In this document: positions 9,278-18,637 of the stretch, one piece after another
Numbering within the stretch: position 1 is the first letter of the stretch
How the letters are laid out: the number at the start of each line of letters is the position of its first letter
Virus record (IMG/VR): IMGVR_UViG_3300037755_000409
Coordinates: 1 to 55,991 of that record
Source: a virus
Taxonomy: Duplodnaviria; Caudoviricetes
DNA length: 55,991 bases
Direction: 5' to 3' (one strand)
The notes under the pieces: generated by a model
Seen by the model: only the letters and a program-made list of their open reading frames with translations
The model's database searches: none
Told to the model about the DNA's origin: nothing
Made by a program: the position numbers and the translations under genes

Positions 9278-10089
9278 AGCAGTTGCCTCATATGATCCCA
9301 GGCTTCGCCGCTGCGCATTTCCGGTGGCGTCCATTGCGCATAGGCGATATCGGCAAGCAGTTGGTGCCGATCGACGTCATTGCAAAATGTCGGCGTCTCG
9401 ATCATCTCGCACGTCAGATCCTTCGCGGAAAGAAGCGAACCGACGCCCCTTTCGGCGTAAAAGGGAACACCGCTCACCATCGCATCAACCGCGGTATTGC
9501 TATGGCGTGTCACCAGAATCCGCGCGGTCGAAAGAACGTGCTCGATTGCAGGCAACGGCGCCTGTTTCTTTGCCGGCTTAGGCCGCTGCACGATCGGAAA
9601 TTTCAACCCCATTGCGGACAGGCGTTTGCGCATTGCCTGTTCCCATTCACCGATGTCGAACTTGTGCGTCTTGGCCGATTTTAGCGACATGCTGGCAATG
9701 ACGATATCGCGGCCGTTTAGCTGCGGCGGCTTCAACCTGATGCCGAGACGCTTGAACCGGTCATCCGGACAGGCGCGACGCATCGCTTTCGCCGTATCCC
9801 AATTATTTACAGCCAACCGGTAATGCCCATCAAGCGGCGACGTCGACGGCCGACGGTTCCAGTAACCCAAATCGAAATATACATACTGCCCGCCGGCCGC
9901 CTCATAAGCCTCGAAAACCAGCGAGTGCACCCAGCCATATGCGATTGCGATATCAGCACAGACGCCGCGAAACCGATTGTGCACCTCGACTTTGTTGATG
10001 CCGTGCTGCAGCAATCCCTGGCGCATCGCATCGGCAATGTAGCGCGACCGCCTGCCACTACCGGCACATGTGTAGAGCGCTATGCGCAT
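9268..10089 (-). CDS. Capsule-synthesis (KpsS/KpsC-like) glycosyltransferase, paralog 2
   Basis: FDLGYW, RPKP, LVTRHSNTAVDAMVSGVP, IAYAQWT..EM.SG.AW. Confidence 0.65.
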   Translation of the reverse strand: MRIALYTCAGSGRRSRYIADAMRQGLLQHGINKVEVHNRFRGVCADIAIAYGWVHSLVFEAYEAAGGQYVYFDLGYWNRRPSTSPLDGHYRLAVNNWDTAKAMRRACPDDRFKRLGIRLKPPQLNGRDIVIASMSLKSAKTHKFDIGEWEQAMRKRLSAMGLKFPIVQRPKPAKKQAPLPAIEHVLSTARILVTRHSNTAVDAMVSGVPFYAERGVGSLLSAKDLTCEMIETPTFCNDVDRHQLLADIAYAQWTPPEMRSGEAWDHMRQLLCV

Positions 10090-10880
10090 TGCTTCACAGT
10101 CGCCAATTCCAACAACCGCGCGAACGGCTCGCCCGTCTCGACTTCCTCAACGCTCCACTGCGCCCGCGAAACATTGTCGAGCATCGCCTCGCGGTCGCCC
10201 ATGCAGGCCGACAGATCAGCATCGTCAAGACGCTTGAAATCGCGGCAGGCGCCGAGCCGGCCGATCCACTTCGGAAATTCGTGAAAGACCGGCACGCCCT
10301 CGCAAAGCACCTTCAATGCCGCGCCGCTGCCCCAGGTCACGGCGCATTTCAAGCGATCGAGATCCCGCTCGATGGGCTTGACGTCATTCGTGCCTGGATG
10401 CTGGCGCACGCGGAATTTCCTCTTGCGCAACAGCCGCTCGATATCGACCTGCCAGCGCTTCGGCATGGCGACGCCTTCCGGACCGATCCCGCGTTGCGGC
10501 AGCACCAGAATTTCATCGCCGGACCTGCGCCACGGCTTCAAAGTGACGTCCAGCAGGTGCGAGCGGCTTTCCATCTTCGGCCAGACGCCAGCGCCGTTAT
10601 GATGCCAGAGCGACAGCGCGAAAGCCTTTTTCGTGCCGCGCATAGGCAGATAACCGTTCTCGGCGACGATCACCGTCCCGCCGCGGCGAATAAACATCTT
10701 CGCTTGTGCGTCGAAAACGCCGTAGCGGTTCCAGACGACAAGAATGTCGGACGGTTTCACTTTTGGCTCGCGCCCAGGCACGTCATCGATCGTGCATCCA
10801 AGCCGCTTGAAGCCGGCAAAGAACGCGTCACGTCGATAGTGCGGCATCGAACGGATCAGGCAATAAACGTGTCGCATCAA
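10080..10880 (-). CDS. Capsule-synthesis (KpsS/KpsC-like) glycosyltransferase, paralog 1
   Basis: AENGY, LPQ, RQHP, AVTWGSGAALKVLCEGVP, AQWSVEEVETG. Confidence 0.65.
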   Translation of the reverse strand: MMRHVYCLIRSMPHYRRDAFFAGFKRLGCTIDDVPGREPKVKPSDILVVWNRYGVFDAQAKMFIRRGGTVIVAENGYLPMRGTKKAFALSLWHHNGAGVWPKMESRSHLLDVTLKPWRRSGDEILVLPQRGIGPEGVAMPKRWQVDIERLLRKRKFRVRQHPGTNDVKPIERDLDRLKCAVTWGSGAALKVLCEGVPVFHEFPKWIGRLGACRDFKRLDDADLSACMGDREAMLDNVSRAQWSVEEVETGEPFARLLELATVKQCA

Positions 10881-11497
10881 TACCAGCGGTGCAGCCTGTA
10901 GGGACTGATCAGGACTTCACGCGTTTCGAAATGAGCGCCGCCGGCACCAAGATCCCCCGTTCCGCGCATCTCGAACGCATCGGCAATCGCAAAGAGCAGC
11001 GCATTCTCAATGTCTTCCGGCACTTCCGCGGCAAGCCATCCAGCCGTGAACGTGATCGTCACCGGTGCCGGCACGTCGCAGTCACCAGACGGCCAGCTTT
11101 CGCCGCGCAGTGGCATGAGCACACCGCCATTGTCGCCGGTCAGATCTTCCTGAAACCCTGCCGTCGTCGGCGATTCAGACGATGACGGTCCATAGATCGT
11201 CGTGAGCGCGCCATTCAGCGAATAGACGATGCTCTCGACGCTCTGCGTCTTGCCGCGCGGCAGTCGGATCCGCTCGCATGGAAAATCCTTCAGCACCCAT
11301 GTGTGCGACCGCGCGTAAATCGTGCGGCGCATTGCGCCTTCGGCCCAATGAATAGCCGCGAGAATATATTTTTCGATCAGCGCGTTGCTGTCGTCATCGA
11401 TAACGGCGAGGTGATCCTTCACGAGGCTCAAATCGAGCGGCAGCGGCGACACATCGAGCGCCGAAACACTAAGCGCTAGCGGCTGCAATTGCGTCAT
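10877..11497 (-). CDS. Head-tail connector (HK97 gp6-like)
   Basis: LSLVKDHL..DDD, VTITFTAGW, VPEDIENALL, LISPYR. Confidence 0.9.
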   Translation of the reverse strand: MTQLQPLALSVSALDVSPLPLDLSLVKDHLAVIDDDSNALIEKYILAAIHWAEGAMRRTIYARSHTWVLKDFPCERIRLPRGKTQSVESIVYSLNGALTTIYGPSSSESPTTAGFQEDLTGDNGGVLMPLRGESWPSGDCDVPAPVTITFTAGWLAAEVPEDIENALLFAIADAFEMRGTGDLGAGGAHFETREVLISPYRLHRWY

Positions 11498-12257
11498 TCA
11501 ATTCGACCTTGGGAAAACATGTCAAAGCGCTGTCCGGCGTAGCGTTCAAAATCCTGATGTCAGTCGGCAATCGCCGCGCAGCTCGCTCGAAATGCCTGGC
11601 GAAGCTCCGATAGTCGGCGGTGTTGCGAAGCCCTGCAGGGTGATTGCCGAAAAAATGCCGCTGCCTGCCTACCGACTGCATGTTGAAACCAACGAGAATG
11701 ATCGGATTGCCGCCTGCCAGGATCGCGATATTGAGCGCCTGGAAGCCGGAATTCGAACCGTAGTGAATGACGTCCGGATCCAGCGAAAAGCCGATTTCAT
11801 CGCAGCCGGCAACGAGATTGAGCCCGTAACGTTCGGCGGCAGTCGCCTTGTCGTTGTGCTTCTTCAATCCGTGCGACGACCATTTTTCGCCCGCGAAATT
11901 CGGACATCCGCCATGGTGGCGCCACCACATTTCATCGCAGGCGTAAAGCATATCGGCCCATGGCATGAGCCGGTATGCATCATTGACCGCGATCGTCGGC
12001 AGGCGGCTCGCCCGGCAGATCGCCGCCGCTTCCGGCGTCAGACCCGGTCCCGTCGCCGCCACTATCACCGGACAGCCCTTCCACTTCGGACTTATTTTCC
12101 GGAGGGGAACCGAGCTGCTTGTTTTCTGGCGCGACAGCTTTACGTCGTCCTGCAGGCCGGCCGCGGGCTTTGGGTGCCGCTGGCTCTTCAGCTTTCCTTT
12201 CTTTGACTTCAGTTCGGAGGACATGGCCAGCGCCGTCAAGCGCCGCGCACTGAGCAT
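11469..12257 (-). CDS. Maf/sialyltransferase-like glycosyltransferase (true start uncertain, ~12070-12257)
   Basis: VIVAATGPGL, IAVNDAY..PWAD.LYACD..WW, GSNSGFQALNIA, IILVGFNM, ILNATPDSALTCF. Confidence 0.65.
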   Translation of the reverse strand: MLSARRLTALAMSSELKSKKGKLKSQRHPKPAAGLQDDVKLSRQKTSSSVPLRKISPKWKGCPVIVAATGPGLTPEAAAICRASRLPTIAVNDAYRLMPWADMLYACDEMWWRHHGGCPNFAGEKWSSHGLKKHNDKATAAERYGLNLVAGCDEIGFSLDPDVIHYGSNSGFQALNIAILAGGNPIILVGFNMQSVGRQRHFFGNHPAGLRNTADYRSFARHFERAARRLPTDIRILNATPDSALTCFPKVELNDAIAAASA

Positions 12258-12351
12258 GCTTGCGACTGATCTTGTCGGGGATCGAATATTCGCCCGGCGA
12301 CATGCGACCGTTCGGACCGATCCATTTTTTTGTGAGTTTGAGTGTTAGCAT
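11980..12351 (-). CDS. Hypothetical virion-associated protein
   Basis: ATG right after the capsid hairpin; APENK/PPENK motifs and low-complexity C-terminus; overlaps the next gene. Confidence 0.55.
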   Translation of the reverse strand: MLTLKLTKKWIGPNGRMSPGEYSIPDKISRKHAQCAALDGAGHVLRTEVKERKAEEPAAPKARGRPAGRRKAVAPENKQLGSPPENKSEVEGLSGDSGGDGTGSDAGSGGDLPGEPPADDRGQ

Positions 12352-12358
12352 GATGAGT

Positions 12359-12384
12359 AAGGGGCGACTTGCGCCGCCCCTTTT
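12359..12384. terminator. Hairpin/terminator downstream of the capsid gene
   Basis: AAGGGGCG...CGCCCCTT stem followed by a T-run on the + strand. Confidence 0.55.
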
Positions 12385-12423
12385 CCCTCAACGTCATGGG
12401 TTGATATTAAGACCGATCAGGGA

Positions 12424-13731
12424 TTAATCGATCGTGCGCAAAAACTTGGCCGCATCGTTGTTGAGAACGGTGCCACCTTCACGCCGACGGACATAGAACC
12501 GGACGAAACCAGGATTGCTGAACGGATCCCGAAGGATACGCAAACCAACCCGGTTAACCAGCACATAAGCACGCGACCAGTCGCCGAAACCGATCGGGAA
12601 ATTGCCCGCACCGATATCCGGCATCTGTTCCCAGGTCTCGATCGGATAACCCAAAAGACGATCAGGCTGCCCCATCGAAAGGCCTGGCTGCCAATGATAA
12701 GCCCCGTCGCTGGTCTTGAGCTTGCGCACAGAGCCAGTCGTGGTGGAATTCATCGTCCAGACCGCGCGAGCCCGGTAAGGCGTACGAAGCTTGTAGACCA
12801 GATCGATGAGGCTATCCGCTCGCACCCCCGGCGAAGACGGCGAGGCGTCGACGTCAGTGTCGGAAACGACATACTCATAGGCATCGGCATCACGCAGCGG
12901 CGAACCGAAGTCTTCGCCAAGCGTCGGCGTCGTGGCAAGCATGCCTGTCGGCCGGTTGGTGCCGTTGCCATCGATGACGGCCTGGCCTTCCTGGTAGGCA
13001 AACTCATCCGCAATTTCGCTCGAAAGCCAGTCGTCGACGTTGAAAAACACGTCGTCGAGCGCCCATTCGGAGACCTGCGGATAGGCATAGAGCTCGCCAT
13101 GCGTTGGTGTGCGCTGACGAAGCGTCGGCGTCGCAGTTGCGGTGCGCGTTCCGCTCTCACCGATCCAGCCGGACGCCGCGCCACGCAACGACACCAGTTC
13201 CTTGTAATCGCTCGTCGACACATTGACGACTTTCACAAGGCGACGAACCGGCGAAAAGATCAGCTCGAGCTTCTCGATCATGCGCGAGATGTCTTCGGGA
13301 ACAGCAAATCCGCCACCGATATCGGAACCGATAGTGACGTCCTTGAATTCCTTCTTCGCCTTATGACCGATCTCCTGCATCTTGCCTTCAAGTGCAGCGG
13401 ACTGCCCCTTGGCCCGGATCCAGTCAGTGAAGACGCTCTTATATTCGTCCTGTACCTGCTCGTGAGCGGTTTTGCCGGGATTGGTGGCGCGCGCCTCAAG
13501 AATTTCCAGCCGCTCGCGCTGGAATTCCATTTCCTGCTCAAGCTTGGTTTTCAGCTCGCCCCACTTGTTCAGATCGGTGTTGATCTTGCCGAGCTTCTCT
13601 TCAAGCTGCGTGGCAAGGGCGTCCTTGCCTTCCTTCTGTGCCTGCAAGCGTTCATCATTCGTCTGCTGGTAAGCCTCGAAAGCCTCACCCTGATTCTGAA
13701 TCGCGCGCAGGATTTCAGCCATGCTTGACAT
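12424..13731 (-). CDS. Major capsid protein, HK97 family
   Basis: Coiled-coil N-terminal delta domain; GGFAVPE, GNGTNRPTG, LLGYP, FGDW, RDPF..PGFVRFYVRRREGG. Confidence 0.96.
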   Translation of the reverse strand: MSSMAEILRAIQNQGEAFEAYQQTNDERLQAQKEGKDALATQLEEKLGKINTDLNKWGELKTKLEQEMEFQRERLEILEARATNPGKTAHEQVQDEYKSVFTDWIRAKGQSAALEGKMQEIGHKAKKEFKDVTIGSDIGGGFAVPEDISRMIEKLELIFSPVRRLVKVVNVSTSDYKELVSLRGAASGWIGESGTRTATATPTLRQRTPTHGELYAYPQVSEWALDDVFFNVDDWLSSEIADEFAYQEGQAVIDGNGTNRPTGMLATTPTLGEDFGSPLRDADAYEYVVSDTDVDASPSSPGVRADSLIDLVYKLRTPYRARAVWTMNSTTTGSVRKLKTSDGAYHWQPGLSMGQPDRLLGYPIETWEQMPDIGAGNFPIGFGDWSRAYVLVNRVGLRILRDPFSNPGFVRFYVRRREGGTVLNNDAAKFLRTID

Positions 13732-13755
13732 AGCAATCTATCCTTATGCTGATGA

Positions 13756-14466
13756 TTAGATTTTTCGAAAGCATCCGGCAACAATTCGGCCTGCCAGCTC
13801 ACTGCTTTTGGCCAATGCAGATGCGATTTCATCCTCATCGACAGCGCCAGAATCCCTCTGGTGAGGATCGTCAAGCATCCCGCTTGAGCCCTCAGTGTCG
13901 AACACTCGCGACGTTATGGCCGTCGCCACCTTTCGGCTGCATCCAGCATCCCGCAGGAGCCGCTCGAATTCCCTGGCTTCCGGGACATACTCACCGAAAG
14001 CCGAAAGTCGTGTTTTCACGCTGCTGACATCCGCAAGCGGATTCATCGCCAGCGAAACGATCGAGACTTCCCAAAGCTCGATTTCCTTCAACAGGCGCGT
14101 TCCGTCATCGGCGAAATCGCGATCAAGCGTCCTGAAGCCAATCGACAAACCGCGCACAGCCTTCATGCCGAGAAGCGTGCGGATCTCATTGCCGAGCTGC
14201 GTGTCGGCGAGCACGCCCTTGACGTAAAGACCTTTTTCGTCCTCGCGCATTTCCGTCCATGCGCCAGCGACCTGGGACGGGTCATGCATCCAGAACATGG
14301 ACGGCATCGTGCCAGCCTTCTTGTGTGCGGCGAGCGTTCGCTTGAATGCGCCTCGCACCACCACATCGCCGCCGAGATCGACATTGCCAAAGACGCTGCC
14401 ATAACCTTCGAATTCGCGCTCCTTGAGCGCCTTGAGATCGAGGCTGAAATCAAGCTTCATCGTCAT
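13756..14466 (-). CDS. HK97-family prohead protease
   Basis: FEGYGSVFGNVD, FWMHD, GLSIGF, LWEVSIV..AMN; ATGA overlap with portal. Confidence 0.95.
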   Translation of the reverse strand: MTMKLDFSLDLKALKEREFEGYGSVFGNVDLGGDVVVRGAFKRTLAAHKKAGTMPSMFWMHDPSQVAGAWTEMREDEKGLYVKGVLADTQLGNEIRTLLGMKAVRGLSIGFRTLDRDFADDGTRLLKEIELWEVSIVSLAMNPLADVSSVKTRLSAFGEYVPEAREFERLLRDAGCSRKVATAITSRVFDTEGSSGMLDDPHQRDSGAVDEDEIASALAKSSELAGRIVAGCFRKI

Positions 14467-15854
14467 TGTGATTTCCTGTCTTCTGCGACGGCCCTCGCCA
14501 TCGTCGCCGTCCATCTGAGCGCGCTCAGCGCCTTGAACGTGGCGGCCTTTGCCGCTGCTTCAATCGCAGCTTCCGCATCCTCTTCCGTGCCATCCGCAGG
14601 CGCGCTATTTCCGTTCGCCGGCGGCTCAGCGCTCTGGCCGGACGGACCCTTGCGCCAGTACTCTTCCCCGCCATCCTCTTCGGAAATCGGATTCATATCC
14701 TCGTGTTCGCGCCAGTCATTGGCGTTGATGACGCCGGCCTGGCGCTGGATGTTGAGGCCTTCCTGGCGCGACTTGAAATCGCCGCGCAGCGCTGCGTCGA
14801 TGTTGAACCGGATGATGATGCCTGCGCGCCGGTCCGCCGGCGTCAGCAGCGAGCGCTCCATTGCCGCCTCGAGAATGCGCACATACGGCAAAACGACGTT
14901 GACGACGAAATCCAGCGATTGCTGCTCGACATTGTTGAAGGTGCCGCGGGACAGATCGCCGACCAGATGCGGCGGTACGCCAAACGCACCAGCGATCACC
15001 GTGCGTTGATATTGCCGCGTCTGCAGAAACTGCGCCTTTTCATGCTCAATCGAGATGGTATCGACGTCCATGCCGGACGGCACCACCATCGACTTGAACC
15101 GGCCCTTCTTCGAATAGGCGTTCTGAAAATCGTCGATAAACGCCTTTTCTTCCTCATTGGTCCTGAAGCCGCGCGAGGTTGCTGCGTGCTTGAAGATAAT
15201 CGATGGCATGGCCGAATTGCCAAAGACGGACGCACCCATGCGCTCGGCCGTGATCTCGAGCGCGATCGTCTCGCGAATGTCCATGATCGGACTATCACCC
15301 TTGACGCCGTCGCGCGCTGCGCCGCGCGCATGCAGCACCTGGTCCGGCCGAAACGTTCGATACGCGCCGTTTGCGAGCGTGGCGCGGTACGTCAAATCGA
15401 GGCTTTCCAGATCTTGGCTGATTTCGACACTGCCGGGATGCAACGGCACCAGCTCGCGAATAGGCCCCGTGACGCCGCGCGATTTGAAGTGGTACAAATT
15501 GCCGTAACGCATCAGCCAGCTCGTGGCGTCAAGCCAGAACGTGGTCCGATCCTGCCATCGGTTCGGCTCGGACAGCAGTCGCATTACCGGATGGTTCGGT
15601 TGGACTTCCTTGCGCACACGCGCTGGCTCACCATCCGTTACCACACGCTTCAGCACGCGAACCGGCAGACTGGCGATGCGCCGCGAGACGGCCGTGACGA
15701 CAGCGTTCACCGTTGTCGACTGCATGCAGTTTTCCGGCGTGACGGTAACGCCAGAGAAAGTGTCATTCGCCGAGATCAGCCGACGCAAGACGGAGTCGAT
15801 CGTCTCGCCTGTTGACTTCCGGGAAAGCGAAATGTCGAAGCCGAAAATCTTCAA
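14463..15854 (-). CDS. Portal protein, HK97 family
   Basis: PN.WQ, YGN.Y, GDSPI, QFLQTR, FGVPPHLVG, NVEQQ, LRGD. Confidence 0.96.
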   Translation of the reverse strand: MKIFGFDISLSRKSTGETIDSVLRRLISANDTFSGVTVTPENCMQSTTVNAVVTAVSRRIASLPVRVLKRVVTDGEPARVRKEVQPNHPVMRLLSEPNRWQDRTTFWLDATSWLMRYGNLYHFKSRGVTGPIRELVPLHPGSVEISQDLESLDLTYRATLANGAYRTFRPDQVLHARGAARDGVKGDSPIMDIRETIALEITAERMGASVFGNSAMPSIIFKHAATSRGFRTNEEEKAFIDDFQNAYSKKGRFKSMVVPSGMDVDTISIEHEKAQFLQTRQYQRTVIAGAFGVPPHLVGDLSRGTFNNVEQQSLDFVVNVVLPYVRILEAAMERSLLTPADRRAGIIIRFNIDAALRGDFKSRQEGLNIQRQAGVINANDWREHEDMNPISEEDGGEEYWRKGPSGQSAEPPANGNSAPADGTEEDAEAAIEAAAKAATFKALSALRWTATMARAVAEDRKSQ

Positions 15855-17395
15855 ACGAGAGTGACCCTGCCGCTAATAAACTGACGCGCATCGGCCTCTG
15901 CGGTAACGGCGACGCTTTTCGCCATTGCCAGGCTGACCAGCCCGTCAATCCGGCCGTTGCTCTTGTTCTTCGCCAGCTTGCGGTTGCCGGCCGGATCCGT
16001 TTGCACAACGGCGTTCGCCGCGCACATCGTCAAAATCGGATGACCGCCATGCGCGATTTTCTCATTAAGCAAATCGCTTTCAAGATCGCGCAACGCCGGC
16101 GACATGGATTGAAAGCCCTGCCCGAATTCGACAAAGCGTTCCAGATCATCCTCGGTGAAGCCCGCCTTCAGCAGCCACGGCTTGAGATGCCGGAAGTTCC
16201 AGCGGTCGAATGCGGTAGCCACGACGTCGAGCCTGTTGAAGATTTCCCAAAGCTGACAGGCAACCCATTCATATTCGATGGACTTGCCCGGCGTCACCTG
16301 CAGGTGGCCTTGATCATGCCATGTGTCGTAAGGCACACGATCCTTGCGCGCACGTTCCCGCAATCCGGTTTCCGGCAGCCAGAATGTCGGCTTGACGTGC
16401 CAGACGCCTTCGATGTCCGCGATCAGCGCCAACGCCGTCAGGTCGTTGCAGTCCGACAAATCGAGCCCGGCAAAAACCTGAAGCCCGGCGAAGCTGTCAA
16501 CCACCGGCGCGGCGCACCGCATCCAAACCGAACGCGAGACAAACGGCGCGTTCATCTCGACGCGCTGGTTGAGAATCAGATTGCGATATTCCGGCTCACG
16601 GCTCGGCATGCGCCGCGCATCTTCCGCCATTGCCATGACTTCATCGGCGTTCTGAAAATCACCATAGGCCGGATTGGCCTGCTTGATCGCCTCTTCGCCG
16701 AACGGATCCAGATTGATATCAGCGGTGTAGAGCGAAATCACAACGCGTGGATCATGGCCCGCAACCGCGTCATCGATCAGCACCGACAGTAAGTCGGATT
16801 CCGTCGGCGCCTGCGTCGAAATCACGATGGAAAGCGGCGATTCCTGCGCGGCCGTCGCCGTCTCGAGCGCTTCATAAAGCTCAGAACGAGGCCCTTTCAC
16901 CTGGCCAAGCTCGTCATGCACTATGAATACCGGCGACAGGCCATAAGCCGTCGACGCCTCAGCCGACAATGCACGGTAGAGCGTGCCAAGTTCTTCGCAG
17001 TACAGCTGCTTTGCCGTGTCGCGGATGCTGACGAAGGCAACCAGATCCGGCGACATGCGAACTGTCTTGGCGGCCAGGCCGAACAGAATACCCGCCTGAT
17101 CGCGTGACTGCGCCGCGCTGAACAGCTGCGAATTCGCGCGCGCTTCAGGCCCGCACAGATGCAGCAACAGCAGGAAAGCGGCGAGCGCGGTCTTGCCATT
17201 CTTGCGGCCAAAACTCAAAATGGCGCGCCTCGTACCGGCCGGATTATCATAGATTTTGCAGATCTCACGTCTTTGCCATTCCCGCATCTTGACCGGCCTG
17301 CCGACGAGGCGGCCTTCCGGAACGCGGCAATATTTCTCGATCCAGGCGACGTTGCGTTCACCGCGCGTCCGCTTGGCATTTACTCGCCTTCCCAA
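15851..17395 (-). CDS. terL: Terminase large subunit
   Basis: GRKNGKT Walker A, IVHDELG Walker B, ISTQ, GLDLS...DLTA, RIDGLV. Confidence 0.97.
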   Translation of the reverse strand: MGRRVNAKRTRGERNVAWIEKYCRVPEGRLVGRPVKMREWQRREICKIYDNPAGTRRAILSFGRKNGKTALAAFLLLLHLCGPEARANSQLFSAAQSRDQAGILFGLAAKTVRMSPDLVAFVSIRDTAKQLYCEELGTLYRALSAEASTAYGLSPVFIVHDELGQVKGPRSELYEALETATAAQESPLSIVISTQAPTESDLLSVLIDDAVAGHDPRVVISLYTADINLDPFGEEAIKQANPAYGDFQNADEVMAMAEDARRMPSREPEYRNLILNQRVEMNAPFVSRSVWMRCAAPVVDSFAGLQVFAGLDLSDCNDLTALALIADIEGVWHVKPTFWLPETGLRERARKDRVPYDTWHDQGHLQVTPGKSIEYEWVACQLWEIFNRLDVVATAFDRWNFRHLKPWLLKAGFTEDDLERFVEFGQGFQSMSPALRDLESDLLNEKIAHGGHPILTMCAANAVVQTDPAGNRKLAKNKSNGRIDGLVSLAMAKSVAVTAEADARQFISGRVTLV

Positions 17396-17814
17396 GGTTT
17401 CTTGGCCGCTCTCGGCGCTTTGTTGCCGCGATGATTGGTGAGCGACTGCGGCGCAATGCGCAGTTTCGTCGCCAGCATCGCGATCGCTGCGCTTGCACGA
17501 ACCGACATACGCAGCAGACGATCATAGTCCTCAATCGTCAGCGTCGCCTCTTTCGTGTCCGGATCGATATGGCTGGTTGCCTGCTCGATCATCTGGCCAA
17601 TACGCCGAGCATGAATCACCTGCCGACAATATTCGGCAAGGATCGGCGCACTCGCAGCGGTAAACCAGTCCGCGGCCTGGGTTTCAACGACAGCCTGCCA
17701 GATCTCGGTTTCCTCATCGTTCAGATCGTAAGGCGGCCGCTGCCGTTCGACGATCTCGACGGGCCGCGTGACGACCTCAAGAGACGCCGCTGATTTCCGT
17801 CCGCGTTTTACCAT
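17380..17814 (-). CDS. terS: Terminase small subunit
   Basis: KRGRKS N-terminus, PP.DL...E..IW, LATKLRIAPQS, KPWE end; directly upstream of terL. Confidence 0.88.
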   Translation of the reverse strand: MVKRGRKSAASLEVVTRPVEIVERQRPPYDLNDEETEIWQAVVETQAADWFTAASAPILAEYCRQVIHARRIGQMIEQATSHIDPDTKEATLTIEDYDRLLRMSVRASAAIAMLATKLRIAPQSLTNHRGNKAPRAAKKPWEGE

Positions 17815-17912
17815 TTCACATTATCAAATCTTGGGATTCTAACGGTTTAGAGTTTTTGCAGTAGCGCGCCGGTTTCCCGTTTAGGTTGTATTTGCTCAAG
17901 ACTCCCCCGGGG
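17815..17912. other. Probable cos packaging region
   Basis: Intergenic gap in an HNH-terS-terL arrangement typical of cos phages; exact site not resolvable. Confidence 0.35.
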
Positions 17913-18234
17913 TCTTGTTCCACGGGTGCAACGGATCTATCGGCCTGCCATTGCTATCAACGCCAACAACCTTGCCGCTCTTCTCTTGCGCCTGCTTCGT
18001 GCTGTCGTGATGGACCTTGCACAGTGATTGCCAGTTGCCCTCATCCCAGAACAGCGCCACGTCACCCTTATGTGGAATGATATGGTCGACGACGGTTGCT
18101 GCACCCAATCGGCCAGCCTTCGCGCACATGACGCAGTAGGGATTGCGCGCCAGATAATTCGCCCTGGCATAGCGCCATCGCCGGCCATAGAGCTGGCCTT
18201 TTGTCGGCAATCCCTGGACTGGACGCGCACACAA
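17896..18234 (-). CDS. Terminase-associated HNH endonuclease
   Basis: CVMC, ATVVDHIIPHKGD, NWQSLCKVHHDSTK. Confidence 0.93.
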   Translation of the reverse strand: MCARPVQGLPTKGQLYGRRWRYARANYLARNPYCVMCAKAGRLGAATVVDHIIPHKGDVALFWDEGNWQSLCKVHHDSTKQAQEKSGKVVGVDSNGRPIDPLHPWNKTPGES

Positions 18235-18282
18235 TATCTAGTGCCTGACCAGCTAACGGAAAGCGCTAGATGTTGAGAGAAG

Positions 18283-18531
18283 CTATGCCTTCGCTTCGTC
18301 GGCTGTAGCGGCAAGACTGGCCACCTTGCAACGGACCGCAGCGTCCTTGGCTTCCAGCAGCTTACGCAGAGCTACCGTTCTTTCCGGGTTGCGCTCCAAA
18401 TTCTGAATGAGCCATTGAGCCGTCGCGCAGAAAGGCCTGCTGACGTCCTTCAGTTCCGGCTTCAGATGTTCGAAGCTGAAGAATTGCTCAAGCCATTCGC
18501 GATCAGAACCGTTCGTGACGCTCATCGACAT
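18283..18531 (-). CDS. Small helical phage protein (possible Acb2/Tad1-like hairpin)
   Basis: FF.FEHL...L..VS.PF...ERTVALRKLLEAKDAAVR; GGGAG RBS upstream. Confidence 0.7.
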   Translation of the reverse strand: MSMSVTNGSDREWLEQFFSFEHLKPELKDVSRPFCATAQWLIQNLERNPERTVALRKLLEAKDAAVRCKVASLAATADEAKA

Positions 18532-18549
18532 GCTCCCTGAAATTTAAAT

Positions 18550-18622
18550 TGGTTGCCGCTGTTTCGCTCTGGATATGTCACCATGAGCAGGGCAAAGGTC
18601 GCAATGACCACTCCGCGCGGCG
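18550..18622 (-). pseudogene. Degenerate tRNA-Met-like relic
   Basis: 73 nt, C-GCCGC...GCGGC-A-ACCA acceptor, internal GCTCAT; anticodon stem and T arm do not fold. Confidence 0.3.
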
Positions 18623-18637
18623 CTCCCTTCTGGAATT

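Noticed and set aside
12694-16792. Long + strand ORFs opposite capsid, portal and terminase (also 52216-53643 and similar)
   Set aside because: Antisense shadows of GC-rich genes with no motifs
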